From contig CBDAOB010000004.1 of NCBI GenBank assembly GCA_965197905.1, positions 1,376,001 through 1,440,000 of the forward strand: DNA of 64,000 nt. The letters run 5' to 3'. Below, piece by piece: positions 19,915 through 29,551 of this stretch. Position 1 is the first letter of the stretch. The number at the start of each line of letters is the position of its first letter. Both the position numbers and the translations under genes were made by a program. This DNA is from Candidatus Latescibacterota bacterium. Its GTDB lineage: Bacteria; Latescibacterota; UBA2968; UBA8231. The notes under the pieces were generated by a model. That model saw only the letters and a program-made list of their open reading frames with translations. It did not search any database and was not told the origin of the DNA.

Positions 19915-21324
19915 ATGCCAGCCGCCGCCCTGCGCGTTCTTCTTCTATCCACCTACGAGTTGGGCCGGCAGCCATTCGGCGTCGCCTCTCCGGCAGCCTG
20001 GCTGCGGCGCGCGGGATTCGCGGTCCAATGCCGCGACCTGTCCATTGAGCCACTGGAGGACGAGCTCTTCGAATCTGCCGATCTGGTCGCCTTTTTTCTG
20101 CCCATGCATACAGCAGCGAGGCTGGCGCTGCCGTTGATCGCCAGGGCACGGGCGCTCAATCGGGAGATCTACCTGAGTTGCTACGGATTGTATGCGCCCC
20201 CAAATGAGAGCTACCTGCGCAGCCTGGGTGTTGAGTCAGTGCTGGGCGGCGAATTCGAGCAGGGCCTTCTCGACCTCTGTCGTTGGGTCGAGGATGGGCA
20301 ACCCATTGGCAAAGAGATTCCGGCGATCTCCCTGGCGCGGCAGCGGTTTCAGGTTCCCGATCGCCATGATCTTCCGGCGCTGTCGGAATACGGCCAGCTG
20401 CAATACCCAGATGGATCTCTGCTCGAGGTGGGGTACACCGAAGCCAGCCGAGGTTGCAAACATCGGTGCCGGCACTGTCCCGTCGTTCCCATCTACGACG
20501 GCCACTTCCGCGTCGTGCAACAAGAGGTGGTGTTGGCGGACATTCGCCAGCAGGTCGAGCGCGGCGCCTCTCACATCACCTTTGGCGATCCCGATTTCTT
20601 CAATGGGGTCGGCCACGCCATCCCGCTCGTCGAACAGCTGCACCAGGAGTTCGCGGAAGTCACCTACGATGTGACGATCAAGGTGGAGCATCTGCTTAAA
20701 CACCGCGACCGATTGCCCCACCTGCGGGCGACCGGGTGCGTTCTCATCACCTCCGCCATCGAGTCAACCAACGACCATGTTCTTCGTCTCTTGCGCAAGG
20801 GGCACACCCGCGAAAACTTCCTCCGCGTTGCGCGGCTGTGCACCGATGTGGGAGTCGGCCTCAACCCGACATTTGTCCCATTTACACCGTGGAGCGGCAT
20901 GGCGGATTACCTCGATCTCTTGGCGACGATCGTCGAGCTGGACCTGGTGGAGCAGGTCGCGCCCGTGCAGCTGGCGATTCGCCTGCTGATTCCGGAGGGA
21001 TCGGAGCTGCTTGCCTGCGCCGAAACGCGGAACGCCATCGGTCCCTTCGACCCGGAGCAGTTGAGTTACCAGTGGCGACACCCCGATCGCCGTGTGGACG
21101 AGCTTTACCACTCCGTCTACAGGTCGGTTTGCGAAGGGGTGGCGCAGGGGCGCTCGAGAGTGCAGATCTTCGCTGATCTCTGGAGGTTGGCGCACGAGAT
21201 GGAGAACTGCCCGACCCCATTGCCCCGATCGGTCTTTGCTCCGCCCCCGGTTACGATACCGTTCATGACGGAACCATGGTACTGCTGAGCGGAACCGCCT
21301 GCTGAGCCGGTGGCTCTGGTTTAG
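19915..21324 (+). CDS. CUAEP-tail radical SAM selenoprotein (B12-binding-like N-terminus); TGA 21286-21288 probably read as Sec
   Basis: CKHRCRHC CxxxCxxC motif; C-terminus TEPWYC-TGA-AEPPAEPVALV-TAG. Confidence 0.85.
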
Positions 21325-21356
21325 ACCGAACAAAAACGACAATCGACGGGGTGGAG

Positions 21357-22586
21357 TTATTCGATCGCGATTGAAAGCGCCTCGTAAGCGGCGCGGAGCG
21401 CCCTCTCTACGGCGTCGGATGTCGCATCCCGGGCGAATATGAACCCGAGATAGCGGTCACCTTCGGGCAGGGGTTCCACGGGCGTCCCCATCGCGATACT
21501 GACGACGATCTCTTCCACCCCGGGCATCGTGCGGGCGGCATCTAATCCGTCGACTGCGCGCAGGATCCCGCGGCTGGGAACGGGAATCATCATAACCCCC
21601 GAGGCACCTCCCGTACGGAGGGTATCGACCGCCTGGCCGAGAGCGTGTCTGAGCACCACCTCCTCCAGGGAAATGTGGGCTTCGAAGCGCAGTGTGCGGG
21701 CGCACAGGCCCCCTATGGTGCGGGCGGCAATCTCCACGATCCAGACACCGTCGTCGTTGAAACGAAGCTCGGCGTGAATCGGGCCCTCCGTGAGGCCCAA
21801 CGCGCGGGCACCTTCGGCAGCCGCCGCCACCAACTCCTCTTGTAATCGCGGTTCGAGACGGGAGGGGGTTACATACAACGTCTCTGCGAAATACGGCCCT
21901 TCCAGCGGATCCGGCTTGTCGAACAACGCCAACAACTGCAGCTCTCCGTGTGCGAGCAACCCCTCCAGCGCCACCTCTGTTCCCGGGATGTACTCTTCCA
22001 CCAGGATCTTGTCTGCATCCACGCCGGACCGATCGGCAACGGCGGGGTGTGCCAGAATCCGGCGAATCCTCTCGAACGCGGCAGTGAACTGCACTTCGTC
22101 GTCGGCCCGGATCACTCCGCGGCTGGCTGCTAATCGAATCGGTTTCAAGACGCGTGGGAAACCCGGTAGCTGGTCGTTGGCCGGCCCGGCATCCGCGTCG
22201 CAGAGCACGATCTGGGGTGTCTGAAGGCCGGCGTCTCGCAGCGCACGACGCATCCGATATTTGTTGCCGGCGGCGCGCACGGAGGCGGGGCTATTGCCCC
22301 TCAGTGAAAGGGTCTCGCTGGCGCGGGCCGCCAACAGGGCGCTGTGATCGTCGACGCCGACTACCCCGTCGAGCGGCCAACTCCGGGCGAATTCCTCGAT
22401 CGTGTCTACCGCTGCGTCGAGATCGTCCAGGTTCACCGTGAGGGTCTTGTTCGCCACCACCGCGTCCAGAGCCTGAGGTTGCTCCGAAGCCACCACCACC
22501 TCGGCACCGAGCTCGTCGGCCGCTGCCAGAAACGGCGCCGCTTGATAGGTATAGGTGGGGAGGATCAGCAAAAGACGGGATCTCAT
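21357..22586 (-). CDS. ATP-grasp domain ligase
   Basis: NKYRMR, VLKP...ASRGV, VEEYIPG, HAELR, EIAAR; ATG overlaps upstream TGA. Confidence 0.85.
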   Translation of the reverse strand: MRSRLLLILPTYTYQAAPFLAAADELGAEVVVASEQPQALDAVVANKTLTVNLDDLDAAVDTIEEFARSWPLDGVVGVDDHSALLAARASETLSLRGNSPASVRAAGNKYRMRRALRDAGLQTPQIVLCDADAGPANDQLPGFPRVLKPIRLAASRGVIRADDEVQFTAAFERIRRILAHPAVADRSGVDADKILVEEYIPGTEVALEGLLAHGELQLLALFDKPDPLEGPYFAETLYVTPSRLEPRLQEELVAAAAEGARALGLTEGPIHAELRFNDDGVWIVEIAARTIGGLCARTLRFEAHISLEEVVLRHALGQAVDTLRTGGASGVMMIPVPSRGILRAVDGLDAARTMPGVEEIVVSIAMGTPVEPLPEGDRYLGFIFARDATSDAVERALRAAYEALSIAIE

Positions 22587-23569
22587 TCCGCTACGCCTTC
22601 CAGATGCTGAATGCCGAAACGCTTGAGGCGGTCGTGTAGCGTCGACCGGCTCATTCCCAACGTCCGTGCCGTGGCGGCGATGTTGCCACTGCATTCCTGC
22701 AGCGCCTCCCGCAGCTGCCCTTTGTCGACGTCCGCCGATGAAGCAGAAGGTGGGGGTTGCTGCAGACCCGCCAGATCGGCGATTTCGATAACCTGACCGG
22801 TACAGTTCAGAATCGCCCGCTTAATAGCGGCACTCAACTCACGTACGTTGTTCGCCCTCCATGGGTTCCGCCGCATCCAAACCATCGCCTCGTCGGAGAA
22901 ACCCTCTACCCCCTGACGACCGTAGCGCGTCTTGTACCGGTGGAGGAAGTCCAGGGCCAGAAGCGGAATGTCCGATGCGCGCTCGCGCAAGGGAGGAAGC
23001 GCGATCTCGTACTCGGCCAGGCGGAAGAACAGGTCCGGTCGGAACTGTTGTTCCAACATAGCTGATTGCAGATTCAGGTTTGTCGCCGCCACGACTCTCA
23101 GGTCCAACCCGATCTCCTTTGATTCTCCCAATCTGCGAATCACCTTTGCTTCCAAAGCCCGTAGCAGCTTCGGCTGGATGGCCAGGGGCATCTCCCCTAT
23201 CTCGTCCAGAAACAAGGTTCCGCCGTTGGCTTCCGCGAAACAGCCATCTCGCGCGGCGTGTGCGCCGGAGAAGGCACCCTTGCTGTGACCGAAGAGCTCG
23301 GCTTCCACCAGCTGCTCGGGGATTGCGGCCGCGTTGATTGCCACGAAGGGGTGAGCGCATCGCGTTGGATCGGCATCATGCACGGCTCGCGCGATCAACT
23401 CCTTGCCGGTTCCGCTCTCCCCTGCTATGAGAACGTTTATGGGGATTCCGAGAACGCGCCTGACGCTTTCCACTACCCCTGACAGGCCGCGATCGTATCC
23501 GATGATGTGCGAAAAATCGAACCCTCGATGTGTGGCAGCGGGTTTTTCTGATTCAACTCTGCCGTTCAA
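22583..23569 (-). CDS. Sigma54-dependent activator (AAA+ and Fis-type HTH, no N-terminal sensor domain)
   Basis: GESGTGKE, ELFGHSKGAFSGA, LFLDEIGE, FRPDLFFRL, C-terminal HTH. Confidence 0.9.
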   Translation of the reverse strand: MNGRVESEKPAATHRGFDFSHIIGYDRGLSGVVESVRRVLGIPINVLIAGESGTGKELIARAVHDADPTRCAHPFVAINAAAIPEQLVEAELFGHSKGAFSGAHAARDGCFAEANGGTLFLDEIGEMPLAIQPKLLRALEAKVIRRLGESKEIGLDLRVVAATNLNLQSAMLEQQFRPDLFFRLAEYEIALPPLRERASDIPLLALDFLHRYKTRYGRQGVEGFSDEAMVWMRRNPWRANNVRELSAAIKRAILNCTGQVIEIADLAGLQQPPPSASSADVDKGQLREALQECSGNIAATARTLGMSRSTLHDRLKRFGIQHLEGVAE

Positions 23570-23607
23570 AACCGCTCCGCTGTTTGGTAGTGGAAGTCGC
23601 TATTGGA

Positions 23608-23636
23608 ATTATGGTTCGCGGAAGAGCTGGACTCAA
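23608..23636 (-). promoter_or_regulatory. Sigma70-type promoter for activator/ATP-grasp operon
   Basis: TTGAGT-17-CATAAT on minus strand. Confidence 0.5.
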
Positions 23637-23926
23637 GGATAAAATTTTACGTTTTTGAACACTTTTTACGCTGGCGCGACACAAAATCGCCTGCCGTCGG
23701 TACCGCTTCGACGTGTACCGGTACCAGATCTTGCGGGTTGCGCCCAATTCCAGGTCTGCGATTTCCAACAAGGCCTGTGCCAACTCCTATCTACTTCCGT
23801 GTATTCGCCGAAACTTGCCCGCAGGTGAGAAGGTCACCCGTGGCGGGCGGGCACACATATTGCAGCGCGGCGAGGTGAATAGTTCGCATGGTTGTCACCA
23901 CCACCTCAAACCGATGGAGGTTTATT

Positions 23927-24988
23927 GTGAGCACCGCGAACCTAGAAGAAGATTCCAGCTTCCCCGTATCCGTTTCGACGTGGAACCCAGCTCCGCACAA
24001 TCACTCGAACCCTCCGGTCACGCCCAATCCCAATGTGATGATCACCCGCAATCCACTGATGCGGCGGTTGTTGGCTCAGCTCGATCAGATCGCAGGCGCA
24101 TCGGCGACGGTGCTCATCAGTGGCGAAAGTGGCACGGGCAAGGAGGTTCTCGCACGCGCCATCCACGATCGCAGCCAGCGACATCGCGAGCCGTTTGTCA
24201 GCCTGAACTGCGCTTCACTCCCGGATGGCCTGTTGGAAAGCGAGCTCTTTGGGCACGAGCGCGGGGCCTTCACCGGAGCAATCAGGCAGCATGCCGGCCG
24301 CTTCGAGGTGGCAAACGGCGGCACCCTGTTTCTCGACGAAATCGGCACGGCCGATGCCCGCGTACAGCTGCGGCTTCTCCGCGTATTGCAGGAGCGGGAG
24401 TTCGAACGAGTTGGTGGCTCGCGGACCCTACGGGTGGATGTGCGGGTGTTGGCCGCCAGCAATGTCGACCTCGCCGAAGAAATCGAAGCGCACCGCTTTC
24501 GCGCCGACCTTTACTATCGCCTAAACGTTCTCCCCCTCCACCTCCCGCCACTGCGGGAACGAGCGGACGACATTCCGCTTCTGGTGGAACACTTCTTGAA
24601 GAGGGCCGCCGAGCGGAACGGAAGGACCCTGCCCGAGATCGAGCCCGAGCTGATGGGGCGCCTGACCTCCTACGGTTGGCCCGGAAACATTCGCGAACTG
24701 GAGAACGCGGTAGAGCAGATGGTGGTTTGTGCCCGTCGCAACTGCCTTACGGTCCGTGACCTTCCACAAATGCTCCTGGACAGGGACGCGACGGAAAATC
24801 CCAATGAGCTAAGCGCTTCGAGCTTTCGTGAGGCGAAAGAGATGTTCGAGCGCCGCTATCTCTCCGCTGCCCTAAGACGGCATCACGGCGTAATTAGCCG
24901 CGTGGCGACCGACATTGGCATGTCTCGTAAGAACCTATATATGCGACTCGAGACCCTCGACATCGACTACGATCGGTTTCGCTCATGA
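23927..24988 (+). CDS. Sigma54-dependent activator (AAA+ and HTH, no N-terminal sensor domain)
   Basis: GGAGG RBS before GTG 23927; GESGTGKE, ELFGHERGAFTGA, FRADLYYRLNV, WPGNIREL. Confidence 0.9.
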   Translation: MSTANLEEDSSFPVSVSTWNPAPHNHSNPPVTPNPNVMITRNPLMRRLLAQLDQIAGASATVLISGESGTGKEVLARAIHDRSQRHREPFVSLNCASLPDGLLESELFGHERGAFTGAIRQHAGRFEVANGGTLFLDEIGTADARVQLRLLRVLQEREFERVGGSRTLRVDVRVLAASNVDLAEEIEAHRFRADLYYRLNVLPLHLPPLRERADDIPLLVEHFLKRAAERNGRTLPEIEPELMGRLTSYGWPGNIRELENAVEQMVVCARRNCLTVRDLPQMLLDRDATENPNELSASSFREAKEMFERRYLSAALRRHHGVISRVATDIGMSRKNLYMRLETLDIDYDRFRS

Positions 24989-26044
24989 GCCGCGGAGGGG
25001 AGTCACAGGTCCGCTGCTGAACCTTGTCATTTGCTCCTTGAGATAGGAGTACTGCTGGCCTGATTCGCCTTCGATCTGTAGCGCCTGCCGCATGACGGCA
25101 ATAGCGCGAGCGCTTTCTCCCTTGCGATAGAGTATCTCGGCGTAGGTGTCCAGGTAGACCACATTATCCTCGTCCGCCTTAACCGTTCGCAGAGAAAGAG
25201 TCTGCGCCCGATTCAGCTCGATGCCCTCTTCCGCATAGGTCCATGCGAGGTTGTTCAACACCAGCAGGTTGTCGCCATCGGCCTCGATCGCGCGTTCGTA
25301 GTAGGAGATCGCCTCGCGACGGAATCCGCCGGTGTAATACGAGCGGGCGATATCTACGGCACTGCTCGACGGCGTGCCGCTGGCCCGCAGCGCGCGCTCG
25401 AAATTCTCCGCCGCGGCCCCACCATCGCCGCGCTCGAGTTCGCACTCGCCCAATGATATCAACAGCTGAACATTCTCCGGTGCGATCTCCAGGGCGCGGA
25501 GAAGAACGGCGATCGCCTCGTCAACCTCTTCGTTTTTCAAAAGCAGCCGGCTCAATTGAACATGGCCGAATATCTCCGCTTCGTCGTCCGCCAGCGCTGC
25601 CTGGAGCAGGCGAATTCCCTCGTCAACTTCCCCCATCTCGGTATAGACCCAACCCAGGCTGGCCTTCGCCGCAGCGTCGTCGGGTTGGCGGTCGAGATGG
25701 CGTTGCAGAGTTTCCGCGGCCAGGTCGTAGCGGCCCACCTCCACAGTTACCCGCCGCAGCGCCGAGTGCGCCTGGTGATGGTCGGACCCCGTTTCCAACG
25801 CCTTTTCCAGCTGTCCATACGCCTCGTCGATTTTATTGAGTTCAACGCAGGCGAATGCGGCCATCAGAAACAACGAGCTATTGGGACCGCCCTGGCGGAT
25901 GGCGCGTTGGGCTTCGATCAAAGCGCGATCGAATCGTCTGTTCTTGAAATGGATCTCAGCCGACAGACGGTGATCGCCAGGGGCGCAGGGGAACTCGATT
26001 ACGAAGATGCCGCCCACAGCCAGGCATAGAAGGAGGTTTCTCAT
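24983..26044 (-). CDS. Exported tetratricopeptide repeat protein
   Basis: Signal-like N-terminus; TPR helices, LNNLAW and YLDTYA motifs. Confidence 0.8.
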   Translation of the reverse strand: MRNLLLCLAVGGIFVIEFPCAPGDHRLSAEIHFKNRRFDRALIEAQRAIRQGGPNSSLFLMAAFACVELNKIDEAYGQLEKALETGSDHHQAHSALRRVTVEVGRYDLAAETLQRHLDRQPDDAAAKASLGWVYTEMGEVDEGIRLLQAALADDEAEIFGHVQLSRLLLKNEEVDEAIAVLLRALEIAPENVQLLISLGECELERGDGGAAAENFERALRASGTPSSSAVDIARSYYTGGFRREAISYYERAIEADGDNLLVLNNLAWTYAEEGIELNRAQTLSLRTVKADEDNVVYLDTYAEILYRKGESARAIAVMRQALQIEGESGQQYSYLKEQMTRFSSGPVTPLRGS

Positions 26045-27289
26045 TCAATACTCGTGACGATAGGTGTAGATGTGCAGCAGGATGCCGATGGCCATGAAGG
26101 TCGCCATCATGGAGGAACCGCCGTAGCTCAGAAGGGGAAGAGGAAGACCGGTAACCGGCATTACCCCGATGGTCATGCCCACGTTCACGAAGACGTGATA
26201 GGTTACCAGTGCGGCGATGCCGATGGCGATGAGACTGTAGAAACGGCTTTGGGCCATGGCCCCAATCTGCAACGCTCGACCGATGAGAAGGACGAAGAGG
26301 GCCAAAACCCCCAGTGCCCCGAGGAATCCGAACTCTTCGCCGATGACCGAAAAAATGAAATCGGTGTGAGCAGCAGGCAGGAACTCGTATTTGGTCTGGG
26401 TGCCTTCGAGAAAACCTTTTCCAGTAAACCCACCCGAGCCGATGGCGATCTTCGATTGGATAATGGTCCAGCCAGTATTGAGCCGGTCACTTTCGGGGTC
26501 GAGAAAGGTGAGAATTCGGGCTTTTTGGTAGTCGCGCAGAAAACTGGTCCACAAATAGACGGTGATCAGGCCGGCGGAGAGATTGACCGCCACCATCGAC
26601 ACCGTGACCCAAAGCCGCGATAACAGCAGGTGAATCGCTACGGAGCTGAGGATGATAAAAGCGGCGAAAACAAAGGGAGCCGCCGCTTGCCAGAGCGGCT
26701 CGAAAGAGAAAGCGACGCTGAGTATGGGCGATATGATGAAGAAGATGAAAATGGTTCGCATCCCCGCCCAATAGAGCATCGGAAAGATGACGGCGCCGAA
26801 GGAGAGCGCGGTGCCCAGATCGGGCTGTCGCGCAATCAATGCCATGGGTACGAGCGCCAGTAGCATCGCACCGAGAAAACGGCGTATCCCGTTGACCTCC
26901 TCCGCGTTCGAGTCTCCCAGGTACCGGGCGAGGGCGATGATCGTGGCGATTTTGGCAAACTCTGAAGGCTGCAAGGTCAGCATGTCTCCCGGACCCAGCC
27001 GTAGCCACCTGGCCGCGACCTCGCCCGATCCCCACACCAGGACCGCCAGTAAGCTCAGGAGACTGGCCGCGTAGAGCGCGTATGCAAGTCCGTAGAGCAG
27101 CTTGTTCGGCACGTATGCGAGCCCGACGGCTACCCCGATCGACAGGACCGCGACTCCAGCCTGCCGTTGCCAGATGCCGCTCGAGAGCTGGCTGTGGAAA
27201 GAGACGCTGTAGATGGCGACGATCCCCACAACAACGGTCAGCATCGCCGTAGCCAGCAACATATAGTCTATTTCGCGGCTGAGTTTCAC
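26045..27289 (-). CDS. rodA: Rod shape-determining protein RodA (SEDS glycosyltransferase)
   Basis: LQPSEFAK, QPDLGT, YQKARI, AIGSGG, HTDFIF, GLPLPLLSYGGS; downstream of PBP2. Confidence 0.95.
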   Translation of the reverse strand: MKLSREIDYMLLATAMLTVVVGIVAIYSVSFHSQLSSGIWQRQAGVAVLSIGVAVGLAYVPNKLLYGLAYALYAASLLSLLAVLVWGSGEVAARWLRLGPGDMLTLQPSEFAKIATIIALARYLGDSNAEEVNGIRRFLGAMLLALVPMALIARQPDLGTALSFGAVIFPMLYWAGMRTIFIFFIISPILSVAFSFEPLWQAAAPFVFAAFIILSSVAIHLLLSRLWVTVSMVAVNLSAGLITVYLWTSFLRDYQKARILTFLDPESDRLNTGWTIIQSKIAIGSGGFTGKGFLEGTQTKYEFLPAAHTDFIFSVIGEEFGFLGALGVLALFVLLIGRALQIGAMAQSRFYSLIAIGIAALVTYHVFVNVGMTIGVMPVTGLPLPLLSYGGSSMMATFMAIGILLHIYTYRHEY

Positions 27290-27292
27290 GGT

Positions 27293-29059
27293 TCAATTCA
27301 TGGAGGCGGCTGCGTCTACGCGTTCACCGGCGGGACGATCAACGCCAGCATGAGATTCGAAATACGCCTCCATGGTTTGACGCGCGATGGGTCCGGCAAC
27401 GGAACCACCTCCTCCTCCTCCTTCCACTACGACGGCCACAGCGATCTCGGGATTTTCGTACGGGGCAAAGGCGACAAACCAGGCGTCGTCGTTGTCGCGG
27501 TTGGGCACCTGCGCGGTGCCTGACTTTCCCGCTACCGGAATGCCGTTGAGCCGAACTCGGGGGCCCGTGCCCTTTTCCCCATATACGACGCGCAGCATCG
27601 CGATCTTGGTGATCTCAAAGGTAGCCGGGGATATGCCTTCGATCCGCTGCAGTGGGACCGGTCTCCCGGAGATGTAGGGGGTCACGAGGTAGCCTCCGTT
27701 GGCGAGTGCCGCCACGTAACGAGCCATCTGAATGGGTGTCGCGAGCATGGCGCCCTGGCCGATGACAAGATTCATTAGGTGTCCCTGGGTCCAACCCTCT
27801 TTTTCCTGGTAATACTGGCGCGACGGCAACAATCCCGTCTCTTCGACCGGATCGAGGTTGATGCCGCTTATCTGGCCGAATCCGAATCGCGCCGCGTAGT
27901 CGCGCCAGGTCTCGATCGTGAGTATTTGCGCCAGATGCTGGAAGTAGATATTGCACGAGGCTTCGATCGCTTCGATCAGGTTGAGCTCTCCATGACCGTC
28001 CCGCTTAAAACAGCGGAACACGACATTGCCTACGGCGAGGGAGCCGGCGCAGGCTTCGAAGGTACTGAGCGTATCGGTTATGCCGGTCTCCAAAGCCGCC
28101 ACAGCAGCCACCATTTTCAACGTCGATCCGGGCGGATAGGTACCGGAAATAGCCCGGTTGAGCAATGGCTTGTTCTCGTGCTGCAGCAAGGTCGAGCGCT
28201 CCTCCTGCTCCTGGAAGGAAACAAACACATTGGGGTCGAAGGCAGGTTTGCTGGCCAGCGCCAGCACGGCGCCCGTCTGCGGATCTAGCGCCACGACGCT
28301 GCCCGCCAGGGTGTCGGGCAGGGCGCGCTCCGCGGCTTGTTGGACGGCCATATCGAGGGTCAATCGCAGCTCCCTGCCCGGTTGCGCCGGCTGTTCCCTT
28401 TCGGGAAACTCGTTTCGCGTTCGACCCCGCGCATCGACTTCGATGTAACGCACGCCGTCGCTTCCGTGCAACGTGTCTTCATACACCTTCTCGACGCCGG
28501 TCTTGCCGACAAAATCGCTGGCTACGTACGCTTTGTCGTGGTACTTCTGGAGTTCGTCTTCCTGGAGCTCTCCAACGTATCCCAAGACATGGGCCGCGAG
28601 AGTTCGATGGGGATAGGAACGCTGTGGCTCCACTTCGATACCGAGGGGCCATTCCGCCCGCAGCCTTTCCTCGACGATGGATACGGTGCGAAAATCCACG
28701 TCACGTTTCAGACGCGGCGAGCGCCAGTTGGGGTTGAAGGTTATTCTTCCGCCGCCAATGGCTTGTTGGAGTGCCGCAACCGCGTTCTTGTCATTTTCCA
28801 CCGTCGAGGGAATTAGAAAAATGGTGTGGGATGCCCGGTTGCGCGCCAGGACTTCGCCATCCCGCGCCAGCACCAGGCCGCGCGGCGCTTTGATTCTTTT
28901 TTGAGCGATGCGATTCTCGTCGGATTCGCGAGCGTAGTCCTCCGAGGTGGCGATTTGCAGGTAGAAAAGACGAAAGATGAGGATGGAAAACAGAAGAATC
29001 ACCGCGGCCAGCAGGCCACGAATTCTTGAAGCCTCGCTATTCTCGGTCGACGCCCGCAT
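27293..29059 (-). CDS. mrdA: Penicillin-binding protein 2
   Basis: STLK, SCN, KSG motifs; mreD-mrdA-rodA context. Confidence 0.95.
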   Translation of the reverse strand: MRASTENSEASRIRGLLAAVILLFSILIFRLFYLQIATSEDYARESDENRIAQKRIKAPRGLVLARDGEVLARNRASHTIFLIPSTVENDKNAVAALQQAIGGGRITFNPNWRSPRLKRDVDFRTVSIVEERLRAEWPLGIEVEPQRSYPHRTLAAHVLGYVGELQEDELQKYHDKAYVASDFVGKTGVEKVYEDTLHGSDGVRYIEVDARGRTRNEFPEREQPAQPGRELRLTLDMAVQQAAERALPDTLAGSVVALDPQTGAVLALASKPAFDPNVFVSFQEQEERSTLLQHENKPLLNRAISGTYPPGSTLKMVAAVAALETGITDTLSTFEACAGSLAVGNVVFRCFKRDGHGELNLIEAIEASCNIYFQHLAQILTIETWRDYAARFGFGQISGINLDPVEETGLLPSRQYYQEKEGWTQGHLMNLVIGQGAMLATPIQMARYVAALANGGYLVTPYISGRPVPLQRIEGISPATFEITKIAMLRVVYGEKGTGPRVRLNGIPVAGKSGTAQVPNRDNDDAWFVAFAPYENPEIAVAVVVEGGGGGGSVAGPIARQTMEAYFESHAGVDRPAGERVDAAASMN

Positions 29060-29062
29060 GAC

Positions 29063-29551
29063 TCAAGCGGGAATCAACCGATGGCGCAAGAGTAAGGCGT
29101 AGGCGATAGTCATACCCAACACGCCCGAATAAGCAGCCCGACCGAGCGCGTAGCGCAGCCAAAAAAACGGCACGTCGACGAGAGGAACGCCGCCGTAGCC
29201 GACGTAATATATCAGATCGTGCAACAGTACAGCGGCGACGACGAAGACGACCTGGACCCGCAGATTGTCGACCACGATCCCGGACCGCATCGATCCGACC
29301 GCCAGCACCACCAGAACGTTCACCAGGGCGTTGAGGCCGAGATTCTGGGGCAGGTATGCATCTTGCAAGAGGCCGACGAAAAGCGCCATCAGGATGGATT
29401 CCATCGGATCGACGACCAGGGCTATTAGAACCAGGGTGACGACGATCAGATCGGGAGCGATGTCCAGAATCTGCAGAGATTGAACCCACGTCGTCTGGAG
29501 CAGAAAAGCGAGAAGGAGCAGAAGGATTCGCCGCAGAGCGCCCAAGCTCAA
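29063..29551 (-). CDS. mreD: Rod shape-determining protein MreD
   Basis: 162-aa polytopic membrane protein, PDL and GLLQD motifs, upstream of mrdA. Confidence 0.85.
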   Translation of the reverse strand: MSLGALRRILLLLLAFLLQTTWVQSLQILDIAPDLIVVTLVLIALVVDPMESILMALFVGLLQDAYLPQNLGLNALVNVLVVLAVGSMRSGIVVDNLRVQVVFVVAAVLLHDLIYYVGYGGVPLVDVPFFWLRYALGRAAYSGVLGMTIAYALLLRHRLIPA

